This document shows positions 1-12,255 of a stretch of DNA of 64,000 bases, in pieces. How positions within the stretch are numbered: position 1 is the first letter of the stretch; the number at the start of each line of letters is the position of its first letter. Under the pieces are notes generated by a model. The model ran no database searches and was not told where the DNA came from. It saw only the letters and a list, made by a program, of their open reading frames with translations. Position numbers and translations under genes: made by a program. Origin of the DNA: Squalus acanthias. Taxonomy: Eukaryota. The stretch covers positions 175,214,001 to 175,278,000 of the forward strand of contig CM059425.1 of the NCBI GenBank assembly GCA_030390025.1, in the 5' to 3' direction.

Positions 1-717
1 AGGGAGTTGATTTCAATGAATGGATGGAAATGGAAGGGAAAGGAAATGGGGTAGAAGCTGGGAGCCAGTGTTTTGGATTAGGGAGGAAGCAGAGTTACAT
101 AATTAACTGAGGGAGGTGAAGTGGGCCAACATTGAACTGATGGAAGAGGGAAAGTGCCATTTTGTACAGGGGGCGGGGAGAAGACTGGCAGCTTGAATAA
201 GAGTGAAAGCAAAGTAGCAGCTTGACGTGAGTTGCAGGAGTTGAAAGTACCATGTTGAATTGAGGGGAGTCCAGTAGAAGCTTTAACGGGAAAGAAGTGT
301 GCCAAGTTAAATTGAAGAGGGGGAGGAGTGTGAGAATGAACTGGAAGGGTTAGAGAAGGAGAGGGCACCTCTGCAAAAGTGTAGAGAGTTGATTAAGGTA
401 TAGCATCTCTGAACTGGAATAGGGTAAATTAATGTGGGAGTGTTGAGGTAACTTTTGGGGAAGTGATAGTTCGTCTGTTGAAAATCAAAATGTCACTTTG
501 CAGTGCTTAAAATTAACCTGAATGCATAATTTTTTAATAAACAAATGAAAATGTTTCCAAGCGACAATGCCCCTGTACACTCCTAAAGTGTCATTATTTG
601 GATTTACCCCTTCAGTCTTTCATGTACTGTTTTTTCCTTTCCAAATCAAGTGGGTATACCTAGAGCTTGTTAGAAAGCCCCTGTAACTAGTTGTTGTCAC
701 ATATTGTAGGTTTGTAA

Positions 718-1285
718 TCATAGGATATACAGCACAGAAACTGGCCATTTGGCCCAACCAGTCTATGCCAGTGTTTATGCTCCACTTGAGCCTCCTCCCG
801 TCTTTCCTCGTCTAACCCTATCAGCATAACCCTCCATTCCCATCTCCCTCATATGCTTATCTAACCACCTCTTAAATGCATCTATACGATTCACTTCAAC
901 CACTCCCTGTGGTAGTGAGTTCCACATTCTCACCACTCTGGGTAAAGAAGTTTCTTCTGAATTCCCTATTTGATCTTTTGGTGGCCTCTATTATGCTCTT
1001 CCCCACAAGTGGAAACATTCTCTCTCTATCCACTCTATCAAAACCTTTCATGATTTTAAAGACCTCCTATTAGGTCACCCCTCAGCCTTCTCTTTTCAAG
1101 AGAAAAGAGATCCAGCCTGTTCATCCTTTCCTGATGGGTATACCCTTGCATTTCTGGTATCATCCTTGTAAATCTTCTCTGCACCCTCTCCAGTGCCTCT
1201 ATATCCTTTTTATAATATGGCAATCAGAATTGCACACAGTACTCTTAAGTGTGGTCTAACCAAGGTTCGATCCAAGTTTAGCATA
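718..1285 (-). mobile_element. CR1-type LINE 3' fragment (end of ORF2 plus 3' UTR)
   Basis: Reverse complement carries CR1 C-terminal motifs (RPHL/EYCVQF-like, [25 protein letters not shown]) and the family 3' UTR. Confidence 0.85.
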
Positions 1286-1356
1286 ATCAGGGTTGTTTTC
1301 AGTTGTCAGCTTTTGTGAAGCTGTTGGTCAGCCTTTGGTAGCTTTCTAGGTTGGCT

Positions 1357-3590
1357 TTTTTTTAAATTCGTTCCTGGTATGTGGGCGTCGCTGGCAAGGC
1401 CAGCATTAATTTTCCCAACCCTAATTGCCCTCGAGAAGGTGGTGGTGAGCCACCGCCTTGAACCGCTGCAGTCCATGCGGTGAAGGTACTCCCATAGTGC
1501 TGTTAGGGAGCGAGTTCCACGATTTTGATCCAGTGATGATGAAGGAATAGCGATATATTTCCAAGTCAGGATGGTGTGTGACTTGGAAGGGAACTTGGAG
1601 GTGATGGTGTTCCCATGCGCCTGCTGCCCTTGTCCTTCTAGGTGGTAGAGGTCGCGGGTTTGGGAGGTGCTGTTGAAGAAGCTTGACGAGTTGCTGCAGT
1701 GCATCTTGTAGATGGTGCACACTGCAGTCACGGTGCGTCAGTGGTGGAGGGAGTGAATGTTTACGGTGGTGGATGGGATGCCAATCAAGCGGGCTGCTTT
1801 GTCCTGGATGGTGTCCAGCTTCTTGAGTGTTGTTGGAGCTGCACTCATTCAGGCAAGTGGAGAGTATTCCATCACACTCCTGACTTGTGCCTTGTAGATG
1901 GTGGAAAGGCTTTGGGGAGTCAGGAGGTGAGACACTCGCTGCAGAATACCCAGCCTCTGACCTGCTCTTGTAGCCACAGTATTTATGTGGCTGGTCCAGT
2001 TAAGTTTCTGGTTAATGGTAATCCCCAGGATGTTGATGGTGGGGGATTCGGCGATGGTTATGCCATTGAATGTCAAGGGGCGGTGGTTAGACTCTCGCTT
2101 GTTGGAGATAGTCATTGCCTGGCACTTGTGTGGCACGAATGCTACTTGCCACTGCGAATGGAACTGAACAATATGCAGTCATCAGCGAACACCCCCACTT
2201 CTGACCTTATGGTGGAGGGAAGGTCATTGATGGTTGGGCCTAGGACACTGCCCTGAGGAACTCCTGCAGCGATGTCCTGGAGCTGAGATGATTGATCTGC
2301 AACAACTGCAACCATCTTCCTTTGTGCTAGGTATGACTCCAGCCAGTGGAGAATTTTCTCCCCTGATTCCCATTGACTTCAATTGTACTAGATCTCCTTG
2401 ATGCCACACTCGGTCAAATGCTGCCTTGATGTCAAGGGCAGTCAATCTCGCTCCACCTCTGGAATTCAGCTCTTTTGTCCATTTTTGGACCAAGGCTGTA
2501 ATGAGGTCTAGAGCCGAGTGGTCCTGGCGGAACCCAAACTGAGCATCGGTGAGCAGGTTACTGGTGAGTAAGTGCCGCTTGATAGCTCTGTCGACGACAT
2601 CTTCCATCACTGCTGATGATTGAGAGTAGACTGATGGAGTGGTAATTGGCTGGATTGGATTTGTTCTGCTTTTTGTGGATGGTGCATACCTGGGCAGTTT
2701 TCCACATTGTTCGGTAGATGCCAGTGTTGTAGCTGTACTGGAACAGTTTGGCTAGAGGAGCGGCTAGTTCTGGAGCACAAGTCTTCAGCACGACAGCTTG
2801 GATGTTGTCGGGGCCCATAGCCTTTGCTGTATCCAGTGCGTTCAGTCTTTTCTTGATATCACGTGGAGTGAATCGAATTGGCTGAAGACTGGCTTCTGTG
2901 ATGGTGGGAACCTCAAGAGGAGGCCGAGATGGATCATCCACCTGGCACTTCTGGATGAAGATGGTTGCAAACGCTTTAGCTTTGTCTTTTGCACTCACGT
3001 GCTGGGCTCTGCCATCATTGAGGATTGGGATATTCATGGAGCCTCCTCCTCCCGTTAGTTGTTTAATGGTCCACCACCATTCACGACTGGATGTTGCAGG
3101 ACTGCAGAGCTTTGATCTGATCTGTTAATTGTGGGATCACTTAGCTCTGTCTATAGCATGCGGTTTCTGCTGTTTAGCATGTATGTAGTCCTGTGTTGTA
3201 GCTTTCCCCAGGTTGGCACCTCATTTTTAGGTACGCCTGGTGCTGCTCCTGGCATGCTCTTCTGCACTCGCCATTGAACCAGGGTTGGTCCCCTGGCTTG
3301 ATGGTAATGGTAGAGTGAGGGATATGCCGGGCCATGAGGTTACAGATTGTCGTGGAATACAATTCTGCTGCTGATGGCCCACAGCGCCTCCTGGTTGCCC
3401 AGTTTTGAGCTGCTAGATCTATTCTGAATCTATCCATTTAGCACGGTGGAGCACAACATGATGGAGGGTGTCCTCAGTGTGAAGACGGGACTTTGTCTAC
3501 AAGGACTGTGCGGTCGTCACTCCTTCCAATTGTGTCATGGACAGATGCATCAGCGACAGGTAGATTGGTGAGGACGAGGTCAAGTAGGTT
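1357..3590 (-). mobile_element. APE-RT LINE of the CR1/L2 group ('family B'), 3' part; interrupted by a CR1 insertion
   Basis: ORF pieces 2558-3037 (GPDNI..VLKTCAPELA..ANY), 2224-2610 (ALDIKAAFDRVWH), 1849-2136 (YKAQVRSVMEY); A-rich tail at ~1357. The element continues at 8192. Confidence 0.9.
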
Positions 3591-3677
3591 ACATAGCAAC
3601 ATAGAAGATAGGAGTAGGCCATTCGGCCCCTCGAGCCTGCTCCACCATTCAATGCGATCATGGCTGATCATCCAAAT

Positions 3678-6540
3678 TCAGTACCCTGTCCCTGCTTTCT
3701 CCCCATATCCCTTGATCCCCTTAGCCTTAAGAAATATATCTAACTCCTTGAATATATTTAATGAATTGGCCTCAACTGCCTTCTGTGGTAGAGAATTCCA
3801 CAGGTTCACCACTCTCTGGGTGAAGAAATTCCTCCTCATCTCAGTCCTAAATGGCTTACCCCTTATCCATAGACTGTGACCCCTGGTTCTGGACTCCCCC
3901 GCCATCGGGAACAGCCTTCCTGCATCTAGTCTGTCTAGTCCTGTTAGAATTTTATAAGTTTCAATGAGATCCCCTCTCATTCTTCTAAACTCCAGCGAAT
4001 ATAAGCCTAATCGACCCAATCTCTCTTCATACGTCATTCCTGCCATCCCAGGTATCAGTCTGGTGAATCTTCGCTGCACTCCCTCCATGGCAAGAACATC
4101 CTTCCTCAGATAAGGCGACCAAAACTGCACACAATACTCCAGGTGTGGTCTCACCAAGGCCCTGTACAACTGCAGCAAGACATCCTTGCTCCTGTACTCT
4201 AATCCTCTCGCTATGAAGGTCAACGTACCATTTACCTTCTTAACCGCCTGCTGCACCTGCATGCTTACCTTCAGCGACTGGTGCACAAGGACACTCCCCC
4301 TTTTCCCAATCTATTGCCGTTCAGATAATAATCTGCCGCCTTGTTTTTGCCACCAAAGTGGATAACCGTGCATTTATCCACATTATACTGCATCTGCCCA
4401 ATCACCCAACCTGTCCAAATCATACTGGAGTTTCTCTGCATCCTCCTCACAGCACACACGCCCACCCAGCTTTGTGTCGTCTGCAAACTTGGAGATATTA
4501 CATCTAGTTCCCTCGTCTAGATCATTAATATATATTGTGAATAACTGGGGTCCTAGCACCGATCCCTGCGGTACCCCACTAGTCACTGCCTGCCACTCGG
4601 AAAAAGACCCGTTTATTCCAACTCTTTGCTTCCTGTCTGCCGACCAGTTTTCTATCCAAGTCAGTACCTTACCCCCAATTCCATGTGCTTTAACTTTGCA
4701 CGCTAATCTCTTATGCGGGACCTTATCGAAAGCCTTCTGAAAGTCCAAATACACCACATCCACTGGTTCTCCCTTATCTATTCTACCAGTTACATCCTCT
4801 CAAAATTCCAGTAGATTAGTCAAGCATGATTTACCTTTTGTAAATCCATGTTGACTTTGTCCGATCCTGTCACTGTTTTCCAAGTGCTCTGCTATTACAT
4901 CTTTTATAATGGACTCTAGCATTTTCCCCACTACCGATGTCAGGCTTACCGGTCTATAATTCCCCGTTTTCTCTCTACCACCTTTTTTAAATAGTGGGGT
5001 TACATTAGCTACCCTCCAATCCATGGGAACTGTTCCAGAGTCGATAGAATTTTGGAAGATGACCAGCAATGCATCTACTATTTCTAGGGCCACTTCCTTA
5101 AGAACCCTAGGATGTGGATTATCAGGCCCTGGGGATTTATCGGCTTTCAATCCCGTCAATTTCCCTAACACCATTTCCCTACAAATACTGATTTCATTCA
5201 ATTCCTCCCTCTCATTAGACCCTATGTTCCCTGACATCTCTGGGAGTTTATTTCTGTCCTCCATTGTGAAGACAGAACCAAAGTATGTATTTCTGACGGA
5301 AGGTCTTCGACCTGAAACGTTGGCTCTGTTTCTCTCTCCACGGATGCTGCCTGGCCTGCTGAGTTTTTCCAGTGTTTTCTGTTGTTATGTATTTAATTGG
5401 TCTGCCATTTCTTTGTTCCCCATTATAAATTCCCCTGATTCTGACTGCAAGGGACCTACGCTTGACTTAACCAATCTTTTTCTCTTCACATATCTATAGA
5501 AGCTTTTACAGTCTGTTTTTATGTTCCCTGCAAGCTTACTCTCATAATCTATTTCCCCTCTTAATTAATTCCTTTGTCCTCCTTTGCTGAATCCTAAACT
5601 GCTCCCACTCGTCAGGTTTGCTGCTTTTTCTGGCCAATTTCTATGTCCTCTCCTTGGATCTTATGCTATCCCTAATTTCCCTTGTTAGCCACGGTTGAGT
5701 CACCTTTTTTGTTTAATTTTTATGCCAAACAGGGATGAACAAATTCTGTAGTTCATCCATGCGATCTTTAAATGTTTGCCATTGCCTATCCACCATCAAC
5801 CCTTTAAGTAACATTCCCCAATCTATCCTAGCCAACTCGCGCCTGAAACCATCGCAGTTTCCTTTAATTAAATTCAGTACCCTAGTCTCTGAGTCAACTA
5901 CTACTTCACTTTCCATCTTAATGAAGAATTCTCTCATATTATGATCGCTCCTCCCCAAGGGGCCTCGCACAACAAGATTGCTAATTAATCCTTTCTCATT
6001 ACATAATGCCCAGTCTAAGATGGCCTGATCTCTAGTTGGTTCCTTGACATATCGGTCCAGGAAGCCATCCCGTATACACTCTAGGAATTCCTCTTCCACA
6101 GTGTTGTTGTTAATTTGGTTAGCCCAATCTATATGTAGATTAAAGTCACCCATGATGACTGCTGTGCCCTTATTGCACGCATCTCTAATTTCCCGTTTAA
6201 TGCCATCCCCAACCTCAGCATTACTGTTTGGGGGTCTGTATACAACTCCCACTAACGTTTTCTGCCCCTTGGTATTTCTCAGCTCTACCCATACAGATTC
6301 CACATCATTAGAGCTAATATCCTTCCTTACTATTATGTTAATCTCCTCTTTATCCAGCAATGCTACCCCACCTCCTTTTCCTTTTTGTCTGTCCTTCCTG
6401 AATATTGAATACCCCTGATGTTGAATTCCCAGCCTTGGTCACCCTGGGACCATGTCTCCGTAATCCCAATTATATCATCCGTTTACATCTATTTGCGCAG
6501 CTAATTCATCCACCTTATTACGAATGCTCCTCGCATTAAG
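3678..6540 (-). pseudogene. CR1 ORF2 (AP endonuclease plus reverse transcriptase), frameshifted
   Basis: ORFs 5713-6360 (VYRPP, MGDFN, SDH), 4800-5264 (NYRPVSLTS), 4383-4763 ([25 protein letters not shown]) and 3678-4286 (RPHLEYCVQFWSP). Confidence 0.95.
5293..5385 (+). mobile_element. 93-bp Penelope-derived short element with hammerhead-like core, inserted in CR1 ORF2
   Basis: 9-bp TSD TATGTATTT (5284-5292, 5386-5394). The insert starts CTGACGGA-AGGTC-TTC-GACCT-GAAACGTT. Confidence 0.8.
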
Positions 6541-6731
6541 ACACAAAGCCTTCAGGCTTTTTTTTTTTAACACTCTTAGAACTTTTAGAATTATTGTTTA
6601 CTGTGGCCATGTTTGATTTATACCCTTGATTTCTCTGCCTTCCACTTTTGCTTTTCTCTTCCTGTCTTTTGCTTCTATCCTTGCTTCCCTTTCCTCTGTC
6701 TCCCTGCACAGGTTCCAGACCCCCTGCCATT

Positions 6732-7663
6732 TTAGATTAAACCCTCCCCAACAGCACTAGCAAACACTCCCCCGAGGACATCGGTCCCGGTCCTGCCCAG
6801 GTGCAAACCGTCCAGTTTGTACTGGTCCCACCTCCCCCAGAACCGGTTCCAATGTCCCAGGAATTTAAATCCCTCCCCCTTGCACCATTCTTCTAGCCAC
6901 GTATGCATCTGAAATATCCTTCTATTTCTACTCTGACTAGCACGTGGCACTGGTAGCAATCCTGCGATTACTACCTTTTTGAGGTCCTATTTTATAGTTT
7001 ACCTCCCTACTCCCTATATTCAGCTTTTAGGACCTCATCCCGTTTTTTACCTATATCGTTGCTACCTATATGCACCACAACAACTGGCTGTTCACCCTCC
7101 CCCTCCAGAATGCCCTGCAGCCGCTCCGAGACATCCTTGATCCTTGCACCAGGGAGGCAACATACCATCCTGGAGTCTCGTTTGCAGCCGCAGAAACGCC
7201 TATCTATTCCCCTTACAATAGAATCCCCTATCACTATAGCTCTCCCGCTCTTTTTCCTCCCGTCCTGTGCAGCAGAACCACCCATGGTGCCAGGAAGTTG
7301 GTTGCTGCTGCCTTCCCCCGATAAGCCATCCTCCTCAACAATATCCAAACCGGTATATCTGTTTGAGAGGGGGATGGCTACAGGGGACCCCTGCACTACC
7401 TGCCTGCGCCTACTACTCTGCCTGGCGGTCACCCATTCCCTTCCTGCCTGTGCAGCCTTTACCTGCGGTGTGACCAACTCATTAACCATGATATCCACGA
7501 CATCCTCAGCATCGCGAATGCTCAAGTATGTATCCATTCGCAGCTCCAGCGCCGCAATGCGGTCTGCCAGTAGCTGCAGCTGGATACACTTCCCACACAC
7601 ATGGTCGTCAGGGACACAGGAAGTGCAGGAGGAGCATGCCACGGGGCCGAGCTGTGCTGCCAT
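6732..7663 (-). pseudogene. CR1 ORF1: N-terminal Cys motif/coiled coil plus SGNH/GDSL esterase
   Basis: CSSC..CGKC then heptads; IVIGDSIVRG, CCLPGA, VVVHIGSND (7007-7663) and DGLHL (6732-6959). The frame is broken between the two pieces. Confidence 0.9.
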
Positions 7664-7973
7664 GACTTACCCTTTAATTAATTTAAATTCAATCAAATCA
7701 ATACCACAAATTACACTACAATTAAATGATGTAGTCAAGGGCCCTTGTTTACTAGCACTCCCCGCTACACAACTGAGACCTTAGAAACTATAACCACAAA
7801 ATTAAGACCTTCTAATCTTTATAAACTATTAACCTTAACTGTCAAACTATGTAGTAAAAATACTCACCTGGCCGTACTCACCCAATTAGCTGCTTCCTCT
7901 TGCCCGAGTCACTTTTGAATCGTGACGTGGCTCTGGAACGCCGCCTCAGGTCTGCACGATTGGTAAGCCTCTG

Positions 7974-8190
7974 AAAAAAGCCCGCGAAAGTGAGTTTAAA
8001 TAGTCACTGTACGGTCGCTCTCTCTGCTCCCGACACCGGCCTCTGGGGAAAAATAAGCCCGCGAAAGTCAGTTTAAATACTCACTGTAGCGTCGCTCTCT
8101 CCGCTCCCGACACCTGCCTGTGCAAAAAAAAAAAAGCCCGCGAAAGTGAGTTTAAATACTCACTGTACCGTCGCTCTCTCCGCTCCCGAC
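7974..8190 (-). repeat. Three ~75-80 bp tandem monomers at the CR1 5' end
   Basis: Unit A(n)GCCCGCGAAAGTGAGTTTAAATACTCACTGTA..GTCGCTCTCTCCGCTCCCGAC occurs 3 times; CpG-rich. Confidence 0.9.
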
Positions 8191-8191
8191 C

Positions 8192-8888
8192 AGGTTTTTC
8201 CCTCATGTTGGTTCTCTCACCACCTGCCACAGGCCCAGTCTGGCAGCTATGTCCTTCAGGACTCTGCCAGCTCGGTCAATAGTGGTGCTGCTGAGCCACT
8301 CTTGGTGATGGACATTGAAGTCCCCCACCCAGAGTGCATTCTGTGCCCTTGCTACCCTCAGTGCTTCTTCCAAGTGGTGTGCAACATGGTGGAGTACTGA
8401 TTCATCAGCTGAGGGAGGGCAGTAGGTGGTAATCAGCAGGAGGTTTCCTTGTCCATGCTTGACCTGAAGCCATGAGACTTCATGGAGTCTGGAGTCAATG
8501 TTGAGGACTCCCAGGGCCACTCCCTCACGACTGTATACCACTGTGCTGCCACCTCTGATGGGCCTGTTCTGCCAGTGGGACATGGGCTGGTGATGGAGGA
8601 GTCTGAGACATTTGCTGTACGGTATGATTCTGTGAGTACGACTATGTCAGGCTGTTGCTTGACTAGTCTGTGGGCTAGCTCTCCCAATTTTGGCACAAGT
8701 CTCCTGATAGTGAGGAGGACTTTGCAGGGTCGTCTGGGCTGGGTGTGCCATTGTTGTGTCTGAAGCTGGTGCCTAGGTCGTTGCCGGGTGATCCATCCGG
8801 TTTTATTATTTTTAACGTAGCAGTTTTGTCCGACTGAGTGGCTTGCTTGACCATCTCAGAGGGCAGTTAAGAGTCAACCACATTGCTA
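8192..8888 (-). mobile_element. Family B LINE, 5' part (APE endonuclease plus SINE-like 5' UTR)
   Basis: ORFs 8433-8696 (QPDIVVLTES) and 8203-8583 (TTYCPPS, VGDFNVHH); 8832-8887 matches 62922-62978. Confidence 0.9.
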
Positions 8889-9664
8889 AGGTATATGTTA
8901 AGGTAACTCTTTAAACTCACTACTGATTAGAATACTTCACTCTAAGAATTCCTAGATTATTCTTGACTTTCCTCAACAACCTGTTTGACAAAATGTGCCT
9001 CATAATATGTTAGGATAGAATTTTTTCCCCCCTTTACACAAATATGGCATCTTCTGCTCACACTCATGACCAAGGAACTGAGAATTCCACGCATATTACA
9101 ATTATCTATTCGGAATCCTATAACAAATAGGTGGGATGTTGATCATGTTGTTTGGTTCCTGCTTTAACAAGATAATGTGTAGACATTGAGGAAAGTTGAG
9201 GTAGCACTCTAGCTAAGGAACATGAGAGATAAAGTGTACTCTTTCTCTTACAGCTAAGAGACAGCACTGTTCCACTGACAGATTTGCTATTGTATATGCC
9301 CCTACATAAGTTTTGGATTAATCTATGAAAATGAGGAAAATAGTTGGCTAAAATTATTGTATTTTAATCAATTATAATTAAAACCAAATTTCTTATTAAA
9401 ATAAAACCAAAATTCAAGATCAGTCTATTTAGTCTATTATTCAGTACAACTGAAATACTGATTAGTACTCCAGAGTTGGCACACATGTTGAAAATTGTAC
9501 TGGGTTGACAAAGTCTGAGTTGTCGAACACTAGTTCATTATTTCTTGTGGTGTTCTGAGTTTAATAAATAAAACAATTGAGATTTTTTGAAACAATTTTT
9601 GATTTCATTTTAATCTTTCTAAAAAGGTTAATGTATAGAACACACAAAGCAAACTTTTATTGTG

Positions 9665-9694
9665 CCCCCCGCCCCCCCCCCCCCCCCCACCCCC
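9665..9694. repeat. poly-C tract
   Basis: About 30 nt of near-pure C. Confidence 0.95.
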
Positions 9695-9999
9695 TGTTAA
9701 AAATGCTATGTAACTCATTGTTAATTTAGGTATGTAAAACTTGTTCAAAATTTAAAAAATGTTAAGCTCATGTTTTGGGGAATTGATCAAGATGGGTAGA
9801 AGGCAGATATATCTCTTGTTTTGAGTATGGACCTTGGATGTGACTATATCACAAGATCACAAAGTACATATGGATGAGGATGAACATTTGGGCCATCTTA
9901 ATTAACCCACCAAAAAGATCCTAAAGTCCTGCATCTAATTGTTTTTTTAATGATTCCAGCGTTTTGGCATCCAGTGCTTGATCTGGAAATCTATTCAAC

Positions 10000-11410
10000 A
10001 ACCACTTGCATTTTCTAGCACCTTTTAATGTAGAAGAATGTCCCTAGGCACTGCAGAGGTGTAATTAGACAAAAATGGATGTCAAAACAAAGGAGGCGAT
10101 ATTAGGAGGGGTGACCAGAAGCTTGGTCGAAGAGGTGGGGTTAAAGAGGGCCTTAAAGGACAAGCGGGAGGTGGAGGGGTTCAGAGAAGGACTTTCAAAA
10201 CGTGGGGCCTAGATGGCTGAAGATAATGCTACCAATGGTGGAGTGAAGGAAGGAGGGGTGCCCAATAGGTTAGAGGAATAGGAGAGTTCGATGGAAGGGG
10301 CTATAGAAGGTTAGAGATGGGGAGAACAAGACCATGAAGGGATTTAAGCAGGAGGATGAGTAATTTTAAATTTGAGGTATTGGGGAACCGAGTGCTAGTG
10401 TAAATCAGCAAGCTCAGGGTAATTGAAATCTGAAATTACCTCCCCCCTAAAAGGCTATAGATGCTGGGTCAAATTAAATTTTCAAGGCTGAGATCGACAA
10501 AGTTTTATTAGGTAGGGGTATCGAGGGATCGGGATCAAAGGCGGGTAAATGGATTTGAGGTACAGATCAAGTATGATCTAATTCAATGGCGGAACTGGCT
10601 CGAGGAGCTGAATGGCCTACTCCTGTTCCTATGTTTTTGAGTGGTGAGCGGGACTTAGTGCAGGATAGGAGTTGGATAAGCTGAAGTAATAGAGGGTGGA
10701 AAATGGGAGTCCAACCTGCAGAGCATTGGAATAGTCGACACTGGAGGTAATTAAGGCATGGATGAGGGTTTCAGTAGCAGATGGACTGAGGTTAATGTTG
10801 TAATTCCGGAGTGTTGGGCCTAGACGGCTAAAGGCACGGATGCCAGTGGTGGGGCAAAGGCAGTCGGGGTACACAGGAGGCAAGACTTGGAGGAATGCAG
10901 AGTTCTCTGAGGGTTGTAGGACTGGAGAAGGTTACATTGATAGGGAGGGGTGAGGCCATGAAGGAATTTGAACACTGAGAATTTCAAATTTGAGGCATTG
11001 TGGGACCGGGGGCTAATGTTGGTTAGCGCGCGCAGTGGTGATGGGTGAGGCGGGCTTTGGTGTGGGATAGGATATGAGCAACATACTTTTGGATGACCTG
11101 AAGTTTACGGAGGGTGGAGGATGAGAGGCTGCCCAGGGTAGCATTGGAATAGTCGACTCTGGAAGTGACAAAGGCCTGGGTAAGGGTTTCAACCGCAGAT
11201 GGGCTCGGACAAAGGCAGAGGTAGGTGATGTTACGGAGGTGGAAGTAGGTGATGGAGAATATATGCGGTCAAAAGCTCAGCTTGGAGTTGAATAGGATGC
11301 TGAGATGGTGAACATTCTGGTTCAGCCTGAGATAATGGCAAGGGCGGGGGATGGAGTTTGTGGCGGGGCTGAAGAGAATGGCTTCGGTCTTCCCAGTGTT
11401 TAACAGGAGA
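10000..11410 (-). mobile_element. L2 LINE fragments with a nested CR1 3' tail (~10425-10632, + strand)
   Basis: ETLIHALITSSVDYSNAL in ORF 10629-10883 is an L2 RT C-terminal motif; L2-type 3' end near 10000; CR1 3' UTR AATGGCCTACTCCTGTTCCTATG at ~10611-10633. Confidence 0.8.
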
Positions 11411-11429
11411 AAGAAAACTGAATATCTGA

Positions 11430-12060
11430 CACACTTTGTGTGAAGAACAATTTCCTGGTACCAGTCCTAAATTTAATGGTTAATTTGAATCTGTCTTCCT
11501 TTGTCTGCCTCTTGCAATTTATTTTAAAGTAATTTTTCAGATTTACCTTTTCCATTCTCTTAACTATCTTTCAGACAGTTCTTTTCCAGGCTGAAAACTC
11601 CAAATTTCTCCAGTCCTTCTTTATAATTCAGACTCTAACACTAGGGCTTGGTGCCACTTGAAAATTTCCCTCATGTCTCAATGATCAGTGTGTGGTCTGA
11701 CCAGAGCACTGTACATGACTTCCTGTGACTTGTATTCCACTGTTTAGCTATGTAGTTCAACATTCTGTTGGCTTTGTTGATTGTTGTTCTGCATTGTTTG
11801 ACATGTTGAGCATCAAGTCTTTTAATACTCCTTGATCTCTTTCAATTTCATCCTTAGCTATTTCAGCATCATTCATGAGGTATGTGTGTTGCTTGTTTTT
11901 CCTTCCTATGTGTAGTACATTACACTTGTCTGCATTAAATGTCATTTGCCATTGTCTTCCTATTTGCATATTATGTCTAATTTATTCTGTAATTTCTGAG
12001 CTACCTCTGATTCAATTGTCCCTTCTAGTTTAGTATATAATCTGCAATTTTAACCACTAG
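11430..12060 (-). mobile_element. Old CR1 fragment
   Basis: WQMTFNADKCNVLHIGRKN in ORF 11757-11969. Confidence 0.8.
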
Positions 12061-12217
12061 CAAGCACCCTTAACTCTGAGGGAGCAAATTAACTAACTAA
12101 TTAATATGTATGTATCTTTATAAAGATCATGATGCGGAGATGCCGGTGTTGGACTGGGGTGGACAAAATTGAGAGGTCGCACAACACCAGGTTATAGTCC
12201 AACAGTTTTATTTGAAA

Positions 12218-12255
12218 TCACAAGCTTTCGGAACTATCGCTCCTTCCTCAGGTGA
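12218..12255 (-). ncRNA. Minimal hammerhead ribozyme motif (left arm of the palindrome)
   Basis: Exact reverse complement of 13407-13444. Confidence 0.7.

Larger units (their letters stand above)
3591..8191 (-). mobile_element. Near full-length CR1 LINE (5' UTR repeats, ORF1 Zn-finger plus esterase, ORF2 APE-RT), inactivated
   Basis: All CR1 modules are present in order; flanked by AGGTT direct repeats (3586-3590, 8192-8196) that restore the host LINE sequence. Confidence 0.95.

Noticed and set aside
1..420. 96-aa Pro-rich ORF
   Set aside because: Purine-skewed low-complexity sequence, probably an ancient L2 remnant; no diagnostic motif.
7059..7784. 241-aa plus-strand ORF
   Set aside because: Antisense shadow of CR1 ORF1.
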